Below, one piece after another: positions 62,472 through 64,000 of a stretch of DNA of 64,000 nt. The stretch comes from Phoronis australis (taxonomy: Eukaryota; Animalia; Phoronida). Each line of letters starts with the position of its first letter. Position 1 is the stretch's first letter. The notes beneath the pieces are model-generated. The model worked only from the letters and a program-made list of their open reading frames with translations. It ran no database searches and was not told the origin of the DNA. A program made the translations under genes and the position numbers. The stretch spans positions 223,001 to 287,000 of the forward strand of contig NMRA01000548.1 in NCBI GenBank assembly GCA_002633005.1. The letters run 5' to 3'.

Positions 62472-63826
62472 AAAGCTTTCATTGTGTTGCTACGAAGTAC
62501 TCACGGCAATTATACCCACTCGCGATCATGCAGTGGAATCGAAAGGTAATTTCTGTTGTAACACGTACTTTTATTGGATGAGTTCACTATTGTTATCCTT
62601 TTTAAACGACATTGAGGGTCACCTACATGTATCTACAGCCAGAGGGCGCCATGAGTTGAACAACACTACAAGACAAAAGTGATCAGCCAAAATCACCGAT
62701 TTCCCGACGTGACGTCTAATTCTGTTAATAGCAAAAATGACGTGTAATGACTACAAGGGCGGCATAAATCTAATTACAAATAGGCTTAGCCACCTTACTA
62801 ACTTAACTGTTAATTAATCCCATCCATGAGGGAGACTGATTCGGCGGGAAGTCGGCTCTGACGACAGGCCATTTTGTCTGGATACGTTTAGCTTTTATTG
62901 TCTTTGTACAGTGTAATTGATTGTGTCAAAAACATGTCTTTCAAAACTTTATTACTGTAAATGTGATTATTGAAGCTAATAAGGAATTTCTGAGATCAAC
63001 CTCTCAGCACAGGGTCGAACCTTTGCAACCCCCAAGATCACAGTCTCACGCTAGCTACTGGCAGAACCAGTGACTAATCCCACTTCTCGGTTACGTAAAA
63101 TTAGGAGCGAAAAATACGAGCGTAAAATCTTACGAGCGTACAACCAAAGACGCTTACAAGACTATTCACCAAGGCCGCCGCCATTATTGTGTCATGGACC
63201 GTGGCGACACCTAGCGAGTGTGTGTGGGCCGACGAAGTACGCAAGGCATTCACTATGGCCGATCTTAGTTTGTCAAATTCAAAATTGTCAGTGAAGTGTC
63301 TTTGTTTAAAATATTGAAAACAAAAAACACGAGCATTGTAATGGAAAAATACACATAGGCAAAATATAGAGTAAACCAAGAAAAAATTTGGGCAGCAAAG
63401 GTAATATAAATTACGAGAAATACATCATAGGCAAGAGGGAGACTCAGTAATAAGAGCTGAGCAGATGAAAGTAGGTTATTGGAGAATGTGCAGGTACCGA
63501 ACCAGTAGGATTTTGTCCAGGGGGGTCAAGAATGTAATAAACATCAAATGGATCTGCTGAAGAGGAGATAGGAGTGGGGGGTGCCCCTCAACCAATTGAA
63601 AGGTTGGGGGGCAGAGATAGCTTTCTTTCCCCCGAATATTCCAGGTGTTAATATCAATTAATTAACAATTAATTATGTAAGCTTTTAACACACAAACTTT
63701 GTTTTAAAATAAAATGGAGAAATTAGTAGATCTTTCTTTCGAAAATTCACATCTTAAAGACGTTCTAGATTCAAGCAGTTGTGTCTGTGCCCATTTACAT
63801 GAAACTGTCCCAAATATCGACCCAAC

Positions 63827-63983
63827 AGGTCATATCCAGGATTTTTTAAAGGGGGGGTCGGATAATGATTTTTTAAGAAAGGTGGCCCAAGTCAACAATT
63901 TGAAAATTCTAGCATTGATATCACTACAATCAAGGAAAATGGGGGTCCAGACCCCTTTGACCCGCCACCCTGGATCTGCCTGT
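63827..63983. mobile_element. Short GC-rich MITE (CAGG..ATCCAGG / CCTGGATCTGCCTG type); similar remnants at ~25370-25530 and ~63500-63640
   Basis: Imperfect inverted ends with G-run/C-run interior. Confidence 0.5.
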
Positions 63984-64000
63984 ACTCAACTGAGTTGGTA

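Overview
AT-rich, intron-rich animal genomic DNA (invertebrate-like; short exons, many non-autonomous transposons, one 150-N gap and one single-N join). Most ORF-track entries are spurious or single exons. Manual exon chaining gives four protein-coding genes: (1) the first two exons of a cytochrome P450 (minus, 1541-3133); (2) NXF1/TAP nuclear RNA export factor (minus, 6832-26829); (3) TBCE tubulin-folding cofactor E (plus, 31796-41728), head-to-head with NXF1 on a short bidirectional promoter; (4) a peroxisomal 4-coumarate-CoA-ligase-like/firefly-luciferase-like acyl-CoA synthetase (minus, 43592-58169, C-terminal SRL). A ~2.9 kb block carrying the NXF1/TBCE promoter is present twice (26613-29566 and 30112-32816), most likely two alleles left uncollapsed by the assembly. 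The strongest candidate for an undescribed system is post-transcriptional control of NXF1. The conserved '110-nt exon / retained intron / 37-nt exon' cassette is present (107/1609/37 nt, stop codon immediately on retention). Its intron lacks the vertebrate/retroviral CTE core AAGACA but contains a ~630-nt nested fold-back domain with twin hairpins displaying the same U-rich loop. In addition, the terminal-exon acceptor is present in four tandem copies, three of which would truncate the UBA domain. All calls are by eye; no searches or folding programs were run.
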